This document shows positions 19,505-30,693 of a DNA stretch of 64,000 bases, one piece after another; position 1 is the stretch's first letter; each line of letters starts with the position of its first letter. Source of the stretch: Gemmatimonadota bacterium (GTDB lineage Bacteria > Gemmatimonadota > Gemmatimonadetes > Gemmatimonadales > GWC2-71-9); contig JBDHDE010000016.1 in assembly GCA_039591655.1 (NCBI GenBank), forward strand, positions 1 to 64,000, given 5' to 3'. Under the pieces are notes generated by a model. The model had not been told where the DNA came from, ran no database searches, and was given only the letters and a program-made list of their open reading frames with translations. Made by a program: the position numbers and the translations under genes.

Positions 19505-19648
19505 GGCCTGTCTCTGACCGAAAGGTGACTCGATTCCCCTCTCGGGGAAGGTTGAGGCGAAGCCCAACGATAAGCCGGGTCGCGTGCCCGACCAACCCCC
19601 CTCAGCGGGCGGGCGGTACCCCCGGGAACACTTCCGTAGGTGGTGCCG

Positions 19649-19657
19649 TTATCCACA
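19649..19657 (+). promoter_or_regulatory. Perfect DnaA box TTATCCACA
   Basis: Exact consensus in a divergent intergenic region, about 20 bp upstream of the ATG at 19677. Confidence 0.5.
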
Positions 19658-19676
19658 GGTGCGACAGAACGGACAC

Positions 19677-20435
19677 ATGCGGTGTGACGACGTAGTGCAG
19701 GCGCTGGGCCCCGACCCCGAGGCCCACTCCACCTCACCCGAGCTGGCTGAGGCGTACACCCATTACGCCAGCTGCGTGGGGTGCCGGCGCTACTTCGGCT
19801 TCCAGGACCGCTTGGCGCACCGCCTCCACCAACTCCCCGGACCGGGCCAGACCCCGCCCACACTGCGGGCCCGGGTCCACGAGGCCCTGGCCCACGAGGA
19901 CACCCGCGTGCGCCGACGCCGAGTCCGGCTCTTCGCCGGTGGCGGTTCCATGCTCGCGGTCGCCGCCGCGACCATCTTCGCCCTCGCCGTGCTCCCGGGG
20001 AGCGCCCGCCAGGTGGTGCTACCCTTGGCGCAGGAGGCCCGCATCGGCCTCGCGAAACCCGCTGCCATCACCAGCTCCGACACCGCCGCACTACGCGAGT
20101 GGCTCGACGCTGAGGTGGGTTACGCAGTGGAGATCCCGGCTATCTCCGAAGCAGAGCTGAAGGGTGCAGCGGTCACCGAGGTGGACGGCGTACGCGGGGC
20201 CGCCGTCGTATATGAGTACCACGGGATGCCCCTCACCTACTTCGATCTCCCATCCGATCGGGCGTTCACCACATTGGTGCGGGACGGCTCACTCCGCAGC
20301 GCAGCCGCCGACGGCTATGAGCTTGCCATATGGACCCAACAGGGCGGCACGCGGGCCGTGGCGGCGCCGATGCCGCGGCGAGAGGTCGTGAAGGTGGCGA
20401 ATGAGTGCCGCGAGAAGGCGGGGGCGGGACTCTAG
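19677..20435 (+). CDS. Zinc-binding (ZAS) transmembrane anti-sigma factor-like protein
   Basis: MRC...HYASCVGC (HxxxCxxC), then PPTLRARV, an Arg-rich stretch, a TM helix and an extracytoplasmic domain. Confidence 0.75.
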   Translation: MRCDDVVQALGPDPEAHSTSPELAEAYTHYASCVGCRRYFGFQDRLAHRLHQLPGPGQTPPTLRARVHEALAHEDTRVRRRRVRLFAGGGSMLAVAAATIFALAVLPGSARQVVLPLAQEARIGLAKPAAITSSDTAALREWLDAEVGYAVEIPAISEAELKGAAVTEVDGVRGAAVVYEYHGMPLTYFDLPSDRAFTTLVRDGSLRSAAADGYELAIWTQQGGTRAVAAPMPRREVVKVANECREKAGAGL

Positions 20436-20436
20436 C

Positions 20437-20763
20437 CTACTCCTCTACCCGAATCCAGATCGCGCCGTCCTCGAGCTTCACATCGTACAGCGAGAGCGGC
20501 GCATCTGCCGGCTGCTCCAGCGCCTCCCCGGTGCGGATATCGAACTGCGCACTGTGCAGCCCACACTCGATGACGTACTCGTCAACCATGTCCCCGTCGC
20601 TCATGGGGAACTCGGCGTGGGAGCACCGGTCCGCGCAGGCGTAAACCTCCCCGCCCACCCGCACGAGGCAGACACTGGCGCCGCTCCCTAGCTGCACGGC
20701 GAACGGCATCGCCTCGGGAACGTCGGCTACGGCAGCGACCTTCTCGAACACCCCATCACTCAT
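20437..20763 (-). CDS. Rieske-type [2Fe-2S] ferredoxin
   Basis: CSH...IECGLHSAQFDIRTG; last gene of the SUF operon. Confidence 0.9.
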   Translation of the reverse strand: MSDGVFEKVAAVADVPEAMPFAVQLGSGASVCLVRVGGEVYACADRCSHAEFPMSDGDMVDEYVIECGLHSAQFDIRTGEALEQPADAPLSLYDVKLEDGAIWIRVEE

Positions 20764-20805
20764 CCACCACTCCTCCTGCCGGTCGCTCCCCACTGAGAGG
20801 TCGGG

Positions 20806-21258
20806 TCACTCCGTAGTCACCGGCTCCCCGCTGCCGGTGAGGGCAGCGTGCAGCGTGTGCCATGGAAGATTGGCACACTTCACACGCGCAGGGAACTGCT
20901 TCACTCCCGCCAGTGCAGCGAGCTTCCCGAGGGACTGGGTATCGGCGGAGGCGTTCAACGGCCCCGTCACCATCCCGTGGAACGCCGAGAACAGCTGCTC
21001 AGCCTCGTCGGTGCTCTTGCCCTTGACCGCCGAGGTCATGAGGGATGCGGAGGCCTGCGAGATGGCGCATCCCGAGCCCTGGAAACCGACGTCCGTGATG
21101 ACGTCTCCCTCGACCTTGATGTATACAGTCATCCGGTCGCCACACAGCGGGTTCGTCCCCTCTGCGCTGTGGCTGGCGTCGGCGACCTCCTTGAAGTTGC
21201 GGGGACTGCGGTTGTGATCCAGGATGATCTGCTGGTACAGCTCCCTGAGATCGCCCAT
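20806..21258 (-). CDS. sufU: SUF system NifU-family protein SufU
   Basis: LYQQIILDH, NPLCGD, GCAISQAS and RVKCA; ATG at 21258. Confidence 0.92.
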   Translation of the reverse strand: MGDLRELYQQIILDHNRSPRNFKEVADASHSAEGTNPLCGDRMTVYIKVEGDVITDVGFQGSGCAISQASASLMTSAVKGKSTDEAEQLFSAFHGMVTGPLNASADTQSLGKLAALAGVKQFPARVKCANLPWHTLHAALTGSGEPVTTE

Positions 21259-22517
21259 CAGCCGAACACCTCGCGAACCTTGGCTACCGCGCGGACCAGG
21301 ACATCTACCTCGTCCCGCGTATTGTACAAGGCGAACGACGCCCGTGCGGTTGCCGGGACGCCAAGCCGCTCCATCACGGGCTGCGTGCAGTGGTGCCCGG
21401 TGCGGATCGCGACTCCCTCCTGGTCCACGATGGTGCCGATGTCGTGTGCGTGCACTCCGTCCAGCACGAACGATATCACGCTGGCCTTCTCCTTCGCTTG
21501 CCCCAGAACGTGGAGCCCCGGGATCCTTCCGAGCGCAACGGTCGCGTAGCGCAGCAGATCCATCTCGTGTGCGTGGATCGCCTCCCACGACAGCGAGTCC
21601 AGATAGTCGACCGTGGCGCCGAGCCCGATTGCCCCTGCAATGTGCGGCGTTCCGGCCTCGAACTTGGCCGGCAGTGGAGCGAAAGTCGTCTTATCGAAGC
21701 ACACCGAGCGGATCATCTCCCCACCGGCCTGGTATGGGGGCATGGCATCCAGCAGTTCGCTCTTGCCGTAGAGAATCCCGATCCCCGTGGGTCCGAACAT
21801 CTTGTGACCCGACACCGTGTAGAAATCGCAGTCGAGGTCCCGCACGTCGATGGGGATGTGGGGCGCCGCCTGCGCACCGTCCACCAGGACCGGGATGTTG
21901 CGCGCGTGCGCCGCCGCGACCATCTCCTTCACGGGATTGACCGTGCCCAGCGAGTTCGAGATGTGGACCACACCGACCAGCTTGGTTCTGGAGCTCAGCA
22001 TGGACTCGTAAGCGTCCAGAGGCAGCTCTCCATCATCGCTCATGGGGATGACGCAAATGCGCGCGCCGGTTGCCTCGGCCACGAGCTGCCAAGGCACGAT
22101 GTTGGAGTGGTGCTCCATCTGGGACAGGAGGATCTCGTCCCCCGGCGCTAGCACCCCGCGGCCGTAGCTGTGGGCTACGAGATTGATCGCCTCGGTCGCT
22201 CCCCGCACGAAGATGATCTCGTGTGACTCCGCTGCGTTCACGAAGCACTGCAGCTTGCGCCGCGCATCCTCATAGGCCGCCGTCGATTCCTCGCTGAGCT
22301 TGTAGACGCCACGGTGAATGTTGGCGTTCCCCGACGAGTAGAACCGCTGGAGCGCATCCAGCATCGCAGTCGGCTTCTGGCTGGTAGCCGCATTGTCCAG
22401 GTACACCAACGGCCGTCCGTTCACCTCCCGCTGCAGCAGCGGGAAATCCGCACGGATGCGCCCGACATCCCACACGGGATGCGCAGGTGCGGAGGCCGGG
22501 TGCGCCATCGTGGTCAC
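21258..22517 (-). CDS. sufS: Cysteine desulfurase SufS
   Basis: YLDNAATSQKP, SGHKMFGPTG and RTGHHC; GTG overlaps the sufD stop. Confidence 0.94.
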   Translation of the reverse strand: MTTMAHPASAPAHPVWDVGRIRADFPLLQREVNGRPLVYLDNAATSQKPTAMLDALQRFYSSGNANIHRGVYKLSEESTAAYEDARRKLQCFVNAAESHEIIFVRGATEAINLVAHSYGRGVLAPGDEILLSQMEHHSNIVPWQLVAEATGARICVIPMSDDGELPLDAYESMLSSRTKLVGVVHISNSLGTVNPVKEMVAAAHARNIPVLVDGAQAAPHIPIDVRDLDCDFYTVSGHKMFGPTGIGILYGKSELLDAMPPYQAGGEMIRSVCFDKTTFAPLPAKFEAGTPHIAGAIGLGATVDYLDSLSWEAIHAHEMDLLRYATVALGRIPGLHVLGQAKEKASVISFVLDGVHAHDIGTIVDQEGVAIRTGHHCTQPVMERLGVPATARASFALYNTRDEVDVLVRAVAKVREVFG

Positions 22518-23866
22518 CGCGTGCGCTTCCGCGCGCTCGCAGCCAGCCAATCCCGCACGATGCGTTCCATCTCTCCCTTGAGCTCCTCCACCGAGACGGC
22601 GCTCAGGATCTCCGACGCGAAGCCGTAGGTGAGCAGGCCTCGCGCTTCCTCACGCGTCAGCCCCCGGCTCTGGATGTAGTACAGGTGATCTTCGTCGATT
22701 GGCCCGAGCGTCGCTCCGTGCGTGCACCTCACGTCGTCGGCGTAGATCTCGAGCTGCGGTTGGCTATCGGCTCTGGCCCGCTCAGATAGCAGCAGGTTGT
22801 TGTTCGTCTGCTTCGAATCGGTCTTCTGGGCACCCTGGCGCACGATGATCCGGCCGTTGAATACACCGCGGGACTGGTCGTCGAACGCGCCGTTGAAGTA
22901 CTCCCAGCTGGTGCAATTCGGCTTGACGTGCTCAAGAATCGTATGGTGGTCGGTATGTTGCCGGTCGCTCAGCATGGAGAGTCCGTCGAGGGTGCAGTCG
23001 GCACCTTCGCCGTCGAGCACCGCGTAGATGTCGTGGCGCGACAGCCGGCCCCCGAACGTGAACGTGACCAGAGAGTAGCTGCTGTCCCGTCCCTGATGCG
23101 AGTGTGTCGTCGCCGTGTGGTACGCACCAAGGCCCTCCCGCTGGACGCGGTAGGTGTCGACCTTGGCATTACTGCCCACCACGACCTCGGTCACGGCATT
23201 GGTCCAGTAGGTGGTGTCTCCCAGGCCGACATAGCTCTCCACCACGGCAGCCCGGGCACCGTCGTCGACGATCACTAGGTTCCGGGGGTGCCACAGATAC
23301 TGCTTCCCTTCGTCGGGTACCGCGACAAAGACTACTTGCAGCGGCTTCTCGAGCGTCACATTACGCGGGACGTGCACGAACGCGCCGTCGTACGTGAACG
23401 CGGTGCTCAATGCGGTGAACGGATTGCGCTCGTCCGCCGCGTAGCGCGCCAGGTGCCGGTCGAGCAGATCCGGATCCCGCTGCAGCGCCGACCGCAGGCT
23501 GCCCAACGTCACCCCGTCGGGGAGATCGGCCGTGGAGAGCGCCGGCACGTAGTGGCCATTCACGAAGACGGCCGCCTGCCGATCCTCTCCCCCGAGCAGG
23601 AACCGCCTCAGGACCTCCAGGGTGACGCCGTGGGTCTCCGTCGCCGGTGCTAGCGTGAACGGCTGCTGGGCGATGGGCTTCACGTCGGTGAAGCGCCACT
23701 CCTCCTGACGCCCGCTTGGGAAGCCCGCCTCCATGAAACGCGCCATCGCCCGTTCCCGCCGATCCCTCAGCCAGGCGGGAGCCCCGGCGGCGCCATTGCC
23801 CGCGAACGTCTCGAACTCGGCGGCGTAACGCTCAACGGCGCTCTGCACGTTCTCGACCTGCGTCAT
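22514..23866 (-). CDS. sufD: Fe-S cluster assembly protein SufD
   Basis: EEWRFTD and PQLEIYADDVRCTHGAT. Alternative GTG start at 23887. Confidence 0.93.
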   Translation of the reverse strand: MTQVENVQSAVERYAAEFETFAGNGAAGAPAWLRDRRERAMARFMEAGFPSGRQEEWRFTDVKPIAQQPFTLAPATETHGVTLEVLRRFLLGGEDRQAAVFVNGHYVPALSTADLPDGVTLGSLRSALQRDPDLLDRHLARYAADERNPFTALSTAFTYDGAFVHVPRNVTLEKPLQVVFVAVPDEGKQYLWHPRNLVIVDDGARAAVVESYVGLGDTTYWTNAVTEVVVGSNAKVDTYRVQREGLGAYHTATTHSHQGRDSSYSLVTFTFGGRLSRHDIYAVLDGEGADCTLDGLSMLSDRQHTDHHTILEHVKPNCTSWEYFNGAFDDQSRGVFNGRIIVRQGAQKTDSKQTNNNLLLSERARADSQPQLEIYADDVRCTHGATLGPIDEDHLYYIQSRGLTREEARGLLTYGFASEILSAVSVEELKGEMERIVRDWLAASARKRTR

Positions 23867-23883
23867 TGATCTCTCGGCCCCCG

Positions 23884-24642
23884 TCACGACGCGACCGCCG
23901 TCGCTCCGGCAATCCAGTCGTAGCCCTTCTCCTCCAGCTCGAGGGCAAGCTTCATGTCACCCGACATAACAATCTTCCCGCCCGCCAGCACATGGACGAA
24001 GTCCGGCGTGAAGTAATTCAGGATTCGCTCGTAGTGCGTCACCACTACGAAGGACCGATCGGGGCTGCGGAACTTGTTCACGGCCGCCGCCACATCCTTC
24101 ACGGCGTCGATATCAAGGCCGGAGTCGGTCTCATCCAGGATTGCCAGCCTCGGCTCCAGCATGGTGAGCTGGAGGATCTCGTTGCGCTTCTTCTCCCCGC
24201 CCGAGAATCCATCGTTCACCGCGCGGTGGATCAGGCTGTCATCCCAGCCTATCTGCTCCAGCCTCTGCTCCAGGAGCTCCGCGAACTCCAGCGTGTCCAG
24301 CTCCTCGAGGCCTTCCTCCTTGCGCTTCGCGTTGAGCGCCGACTGCAAGAAGTAGGCGTTCGTGATCCCTCGGATAGCTACGGGATACTGGAAAGCCAGA
24401 AACAGACCGGCCCGGGCCCGCTCATCTGCTTCCATCTCCAGGAGGTCCGCGCCGTCGAACGTCGCCGACCCTGCGGTCACGTCGTATGAGGGATGCCCCG
24501 CCAGCACCTGTGCGAACGTGCTCTTCCCGGAGCCGTTGGGGCCCATGATCGCATGTACCTCCCCGGGCTTCACCGTGAGGTCCACGCCCTTGAGTATTTC
24601 GGCGCCTTCGATACCGGCGTGCAGGTTCTTGACTTCGAGCAT
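23884..24642 (-). CDS. sufC: Fe-S cluster assembly ATPase SufC
   Basis: GPNGSGKST, FLAFQYP, FSGGEKKRNE and LDETDSGLD motifs. Confidence 0.95.
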   Translation of the reverse strand: MLEVKNLHAGIEGAEILKGVDLTVKPGEVHAIMGPNGSGKSTFAQVLAGHPSYDVTAGSATFDGADLLEMEADERARAGLFLAFQYPVAIRGITNAYFLQSALNAKRKEEGLEELDTLEFAELLEQRLEQIGWDDSLIHRAVNDGFSGGEKKRNEILQLTMLEPRLAILDETDSGLDIDAVKDVAAAVNKFRSPDRSFVVVTHYERILNYFTPDFVHVLAGGKIVMSGDMKLALELEEKGYDWIAGATAVAS

Positions 24643-24726
24643 TGTTGTGGTCCGCTATCCGCTTTCGCGTTGGTTGTCGAGTTGCGATGTCAGACGCCGG
24701 GAAATGACGAGTTCCCCGCCGCTGCC

Positions 24727-26165
<1,439 letters not shown>

Positions 26166-26166
<1 letters not shown>

Positions 26167-26825
26167 CAAGACTCCTCATGGCCCCGCTTCGGGGCGATCG
26201 AGTACTGACAGGCATTGCAGCCGTCGAAGATGTAAGCGTCCCGCTGCACGTCGCTCTGCAGGATCTCCCGCAGGAAGTCGGCCTCGGCCGCGCAGATCTC
26301 GGGGAACTGCTCTGCCGCTGCCTGGAACGCGCAGTTGTGCTCAGCCAGTCGAAGCGCGTCGGGCTCGACCGACCAGGCGGCCATGAATCCCTGCTGTGAC
26401 AGCAATCGCACCACGGCCTCGACCTTCTCCTCCAGCGAGGCGTCGGCGAGCTCCGCCCGGACGCGCTCTGCCTGAGCCCGGAAGCGCTCGGCGAACATCT
26501 CTCGCACGGCATCGCGACCATTGCTCTCGGCGATGAGGGCCAGCACATGCGTGAGCGCCTCGCCGTACTGATTGGGAAAGAGCGCCTCGCCGCCTTCGCT
26601 CAGCCTGTAGGTATGGGTCGGCGCTCCGGTGCCCCGTTGCTCCCTCCCGTAGGTCACCAAGCCTTCGGCCTCGAGCTCCTTGAGGTGCCGGCGGATGGCA
26701 TTCGCCGACACGGTGAACTGATCTGCGAGCTCCTTGGCCGTCGCCGGCTGCGACTTCTTCAGCTGGAGCAGGATCTCGCCGCGGAGCCCCTTGTGCCCCG
26801 CCAGGCCTGGAGTCATGGCGTTCAT
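26166..26825 (-). CDS. sufR: SufR-like Fe-S-sensing HTH regulator
   Basis: N-terminal wHTH ([15 protein letters not shown]); C-terminal EHNC..EIC..GCNACQY; heads the SUF operon. Confidence 0.82.
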
Positions 26826-26867
26826 GGCTGGAATCCTACACAGGGGAACGGGTTTCCGCAACTAATT

Positions 26868-26881
26868 CAACGGTTTTGTTT
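26868..26881. promoter_or_regulatory. Candidate SufR operator
   Basis: CAAC-GGTTTT-GTTT in an AT-rich patch 43-56 bp upstream of sufR; 7/8 match to the CAAC-N6-GTTG site of cyanobacterial SufR. Confidence 0.45.
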
Positions 26882-27015
26882 GCGAATCCCTTCCCGCCAG
26901 TCCGGGCGCGGCCGATCCCAGCCAAGCGGTCCCCGGCTCCCGGGCTCAGGACCACGGAGGGGATCAGCTGGCGATCTCCATAAACGAATATGCACAAAGC
27001 GCTTATACAACGGGG

Positions 27016-27044
27016 TTGACGGGGGGGATCGATGGGTCTATGTT
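27016..27044 (+). promoter_or_regulatory. Sigma70-type promoter
   Basis: TTGACG (27016-21), 17-bp spacer, TATGTT (27039-44). Confidence 0.65.
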
Positions 27045-27052
27045 ACTCGCAG

Positions 27053-27075
27053 ACTAGTTGGCGCTGCAAACTAGT
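27053..27075. promoter_or_regulatory. Palindromic operator candidate
   Basis: ACTAGTTGGCGCTGCAAACTAGT, an imperfect palindrome just downstream of the predicted +1. Confidence 0.6.
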
Positions 27076-27141
27076 GTGCGCTAGCCGAGCGCCGCTGACC
27101 ATCGGCTCGATCCATCGGCTTTCGAAGGAGGAAAGGAGCCA

Positions 27142-27765
27142 ATGCCCGATCAGTTGAGCTTGAGAGAGGTTGAGCGAAAGGCCTGGCAATCATACCTCCA
27201 GGACGGACTGGCCGAGGTCTTCCTCGGCGCGCTGCTGCTGCTCGCATTCCTCGCCGGCATCTCGGGCGAGCGGCGCTTCTTCGTGTACATCCCGATGCTG
27301 CTCATGGGACCGGCTCTCCTCCTGGCAAAGCGCCTCATCACTGTGCCGCGCCTGGGCCACGTCAAGTTCGGCCAGGAGCGAAGGGCAAGGAAGCGGAAGC
27401 TCTTGGTGGTGGTGGCCGCGGCGGTCATCGTGACGCTCGTGCTGCTGGCAGTGACCATGCGCGGTGCACTCCCGGCGGAGTGGATCCGGGAGCACCACTC
27501 GCTGGTGAGCTTCGGTCTCGGCGGCATGATCGCCCTCGTGTTCGCGGCGACCGCGTACTGGAAGGACTACCCACGCCTGTATCTCGTCGGGTTGATCATC
27601 GGAGCGGCCTTCACCTTGACCGAGTTGTTCGACACGCCCGTCCCGCTCCTGGTGGCCGGAGGCATCGTGTTCCTCGTAGGCCTTGTCATCCTCATCAGAT
27701 TCGTGCGGAAGTTCCCGATCCCGGCAGTTGCTGGGCCCACTGAGCGCGCCAAGGGGAGACCATGA
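27142..27765 (+). CDS. Multi-TM membrane protein of unknown function (paralog 1)
   Basis: Strong SD (GGAG), about 6-7 TMs, QDGL and TVPRLG motifs. Confidence 0.85.
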   Translation: MPDQLSLREVERKAWQSYLQDGLAEVFLGALLLLAFLAGISGERRFFVYIPMLLMGPALLLAKRLITVPRLGHVKFGQERRARKRKLLVVVAAAVIVTLVLLAVTMRGALPAEWIREHHSLVSFGLGGMIALVFAATAYWKDYPRLYLVGLIIGAAFTLTELFDTPVPLLVAGGIVFLVGLVILIRFVRKFPIPAVAGPTERAKGRP

Positions 27766-28373
27766 GCTCGCGCCACCTGGACCTCAAGCGGTTGGAGCGC
27801 ACCGCTTGGAGGTCCTTCCACCAGGACGGACTGTGGGACGTCTTCCTGGGTCTCGTGCTCCTCGCCGTAGGGATCTCGAGCCTCGTGGGCTCCGATTGGC
27901 TCAACCTGATGCTGACTCTCGCCGCCCTCGGCGTCATGGCGTCGGGCAAGCACTTCGTCACGGTCCCTCGCATGGGAGCGGTCCGATTCGGTCCGGAGCG
28001 CCGCGCCAAGAACCGCAAGGTGGCGGCGCTGCTGTTTCTCACCGTGCTCCTGGGCGTGGCTCTCTACGCCGCGGCCGTAACAAATCTCGAGGTACTCGGC
28101 TGGCAGGCGAACCGGGGCGTGTTGACGACACTCGCCATGAGCCTGGTCCTCCTGGTCATCTTCGGGGGCATTGCTTACTGGCTGGACTTCCCCCGCATGC
28201 TGCTTCTGGGGTTTGCGTTCGCGGCGGCCTTCGCCACGTCACGCCTACTCCACACCCCAGTCACGTTCCTGGTGGCGGGCGGCACGGTGTTGTTCTGGGG
28301 CGTCGCGCTCTTCGCGCGCTTCGTGCGGAAGCACCCGCTTCCGGCGGAGGGGGGCCGTCATGGACGCGACTGA
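27762..28373 (+). CDS. Multi-TM membrane protein of unknown function (paralog 2)
   Basis: ATGA overlap; shares ERxAW..QDGL..VFLG, TVPRxG, AYWxDxPR, TPV and RFVRKxP with paralog 1. Confidence 0.85.
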   Translation: MSSRHLDLKRLERTAWRSFHQDGLWDVFLGLVLLAVGISSLVGSDWLNLMLTLAALGVMASGKHFVTVPRMGAVRFGPERRAKNRKVAALLFLTVLLGVALYAAAVTNLEVLGWQANRGVLTTLAMSLVLLVIFGGIAYWLDFPRMLLLGFAFAAAFATSRLLHTPVTFLVAGGTVLFWGVALFARFVRKHPLPAEGGRHGRD

Positions 28374-28689
28374 TCCCAGGGCGAACGGCCTGAAGCCCAC
28401 TCTACACGTGGATCGGCTGGTCCACGAGCCGGGGCGGCTGTTGATCTTGACGTGCCTGTACGTAGTGGAGCAGGCAGACTTCGTGTTCTTGATGCGCCAG
28501 ACGGGGATGACCCAGGGCAACCTCTCATCGCATCTGAATAAGCTCGAGGTTGCCGGGTATGTAGAGGTGGAGAAGACCTTCAAGGGCAAGCGGCCACACA
28601 CCATGCTGCGGCTCACCGACGCCGGACGCTATGCCTTACAGGCGTATCGCCGGCACATGGCGCAACTGCTGGACGGTATTCCCGAGTGA
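28360..28689 (+). CDS. Winged-helix transcriptional regulator (ArsR/MarR-like)
   Basis: DRLVHEPGRLLIL...TQGNLSSHLNKLE...LTDAGR; ATG at 28360. Confidence 0.88.
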   Translation: MDATDPRANGLKPTLHVDRLVHEPGRLLILTCLYVVEQADFVFLMRQTGMTQGNLSSHLNKLEVAGYVEVEKTFKGKRPHTMLRLTDAGRYALQAYRRHMAQLLDGIPE

Positions 28690-28806
28690 TCGTAGACGAA
28701 TACCCGGGATGACCGCCCGACGCAGGCGCAACCAGATTCCACTCCCGCGCGTTGTGGGAACGAATGGGAGACGTGGGAACGGACGGGAGATACGGAGGAG
28801 AACGCA

Positions 28807-30051
28807 ATGAACCTGCAAAGAGCCACGACGGTCGCACTGGTCGCGCTATGCGCCGCTGCGTGCGCCGGTGAGGGAAGCTGGACCGGCGCGATGAGCGACA
28901 GCGCCGGTGTGACGATCGTCTCCAATACCGACCGGGGCATTTGGACCGAGTCGAGCCAGTGGACCCTGGAAGAAGAGCTGAGGATCGGCGAGGTCGAGGG
29001 TGACCCCAACTACCAGTTCGGCCAGATCGGGATGATCGGCGTCGCCTCCGACGGCCGCATGTTCGTGCTCGACCAGCAGGCCCAGCACGTCCAGGTGTTC
29101 GATGCCGACGGCCACTACATCCGAACCCTCGGGGGGCCGGGCGCAGGGCCGGGGGAGCTCAGCCAGGCTGCCGGGTTCTGCCTCGTGGCGGCGGGCGACA
29201 CCCTGTGGATTCCCGACCTCATGACCCAGCGCATCAACCGCTGGGCGCCGGCCGGCGAGTTGCTGCCCAGCCTGCCCCTGGCAGTCGGCCAGATGCTCCC
29301 CGCGGTATTCCGCGCCACCGCGGCGGGCGAGATCGTGTATCAGGTGCGCCCCCTCCCGCTGCCCAACGCGCCGGCACCGGACTCGATGGATACCATCCTC
29401 CTGATGGGGCCCGAGGGCGGCCCCTCGGACACGCTCATGAGGTTCCCCACGGGTGAAGGGTACAGCGTCAGGGGCGGCGCCCCCGAGTTCAACGTGTGGT
29501 ATCCCGAGCCGGCCTGGGACGTCACCGAAGGCCTGCAGGTGATCTACGGCGTCAGCGACGTCTACCGGTTCGGCGTCTATGCAGCAGGCGGCACACCCGA
29601 GCGTATCGTGACCATGCCCTTCGAACAGACGCCGGTGAGCGAACGGGAGAAGCAGGTCATCCTGGACTTCCTCGAGCAGCTGGCGCGGGACCAGGGGGCG
29701 CCCCCCGAGCGAGTTCAGATGTTCCTCGCCATGGTGAACTTCGGGGAGTTCATCCCGGCTTTCTCGGCGATCCTGTCCGGTCCCAGGGGAACGGTCTGGG
29801 TGCAGCACATCCAGTCGGTGGCCGACCTGACCGAGGAGGAGATGGCGGACTTCAACATCCAGGACCTGGGCGCACCGGACTGGGATGTCTTCGACGCCGA
29901 CGGCCGTTACCTGGGCGTGGTCTCCATGCCGCAGCGGTTCTCGCCCCGTGGCCTGCGCGAGGACAAGGTCTACGGCGTGTGGCGGGACGAGCTGGACGTG
30001 CAGTACGTGACGCGCCTCCGGATCGTGGGAATCCCGGACGCGGAGGGCTAG
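28807..30051 (+). CDS. 6-bladed beta-propeller (NHL-like) lipoprotein
   Basis: Lipobox AAAC; VFDADG repeats and GGPGAGPGEL; SD GGAGG. Confidence 0.8.
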   Translation: MNLQRATTVALVALCAAACAGEGSWTGAMSDSAGVTIVSNTDRGIWTESSQWTLEEELRIGEVEGDPNYQFGQIGMIGVASDGRMFVLDQQAQHVQVFDADGHYIRTLGGPGAGPGELSQAAGFCLVAAGDTLWIPDLMTQRINRWAPAGELLPSLPLAVGQMLPAVFRATAAGEIVYQVRPLPLPNAPAPDSMDTILLMGPEGGPSDTLMRFPTGEGYSVRGGAPEFNVWYPEPAWDVTEGLQVIYGVSDVYRFGVYAAGGTPERIVTMPFEQTPVSEREKQVILDFLEQLARDQGAPPERVQMFLAMVNFGEFIPAFSAILSGPRGTVWVQHIQSVADLTEEEMADFNIQDLGAPDWDVFDADGRYLGVVSMPQRFSPRGLREDKVYGVWRDELDVQYVTRLRIVGIPDAEG

Positions 30052-30644
30052 CCGCCGCCCTCCCGCTGCAGCAGGTCGCGATAGGCCGCCGGCGTGTCGA
30101 CGTCCTCCAGCACCGCGGGGTCGTCGACGGGAATCACCGCAACTCGCGAGGGGTCCGCGCGCACCACGGCGCGGGCCCCCTCATGCTCCGGTGCAGACAG
30201 CAACTCATCGAATACCGGCCGGCCGAACAGCACGGGGTGCCCCCGGCGGCCGCCGTAGCCCGGGACCACAATGGGCTGGCCTCCGTCCCTGAACTGCTCC
30301 ACCAGACGCGCTACCGTCTCGGGCCGCACGTGGGGCCGATCCACGTGCCAGACGAGCGCAGCCTCAACCGGGTGGTTAACGGCGGCTTCGAGCCCGAGGC
30401 GTATGGAGCCGAGCGGACCGCTCTCCGGCGCCGGGTTGCAGATCACGGTCGCATCAGCCAAGTCACTATCAGATAATAGGTTGTAGACATCCGGACCGAC
30501 CACGACGACCACCGGGGTGAGCCCCTGAGCCCGGCAGCACTCGATCACCACCGCGAGGAAGGTGGACCCCCGGAAGGGGAGCAGGGCCTTGGGGGTCCCC
30601 ATTCGCTCGGAGGCCCCGCCTGCCAGAACAATGGCTGCAATCAT
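30048..30644 (-). CDS. MocA/MobA-like nucleotidyltransferase
   Basis: IVLAGGASERMGTPKALL, GHPVLF and DVDTPAAY; ATG at 30644. Confidence 0.85.
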   Translation of the reverse strand: MIAAIVLAGGASERMGTPKALLPFRGSTFLAVVIECCRAQGLTPVVVVVGPDVYNLLSDSDLADATVICNPAPESGPLGSIRLGLEAAVNHPVEAALVWHVDRPHVRPETVARLVEQFRDGGQPIVVPGYGGRRGHPVLFGRPVFDELLSAPEHEGARAVVRADPSRVAVIPVDDPAVLEDVDTPAAYRDLLQREGGG

Positions 30645-30693
30645 CGGAAGACCATAGATTGGGTAGCCCGCGACCCTACGTGCGAGGCTAGCA

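Noticed and set aside
27762..28373. Tandem membrane genes as an assembly duplication
   Set aside because: The paralogues are substantially diverged at DNA and protein level, so the duplication is old.
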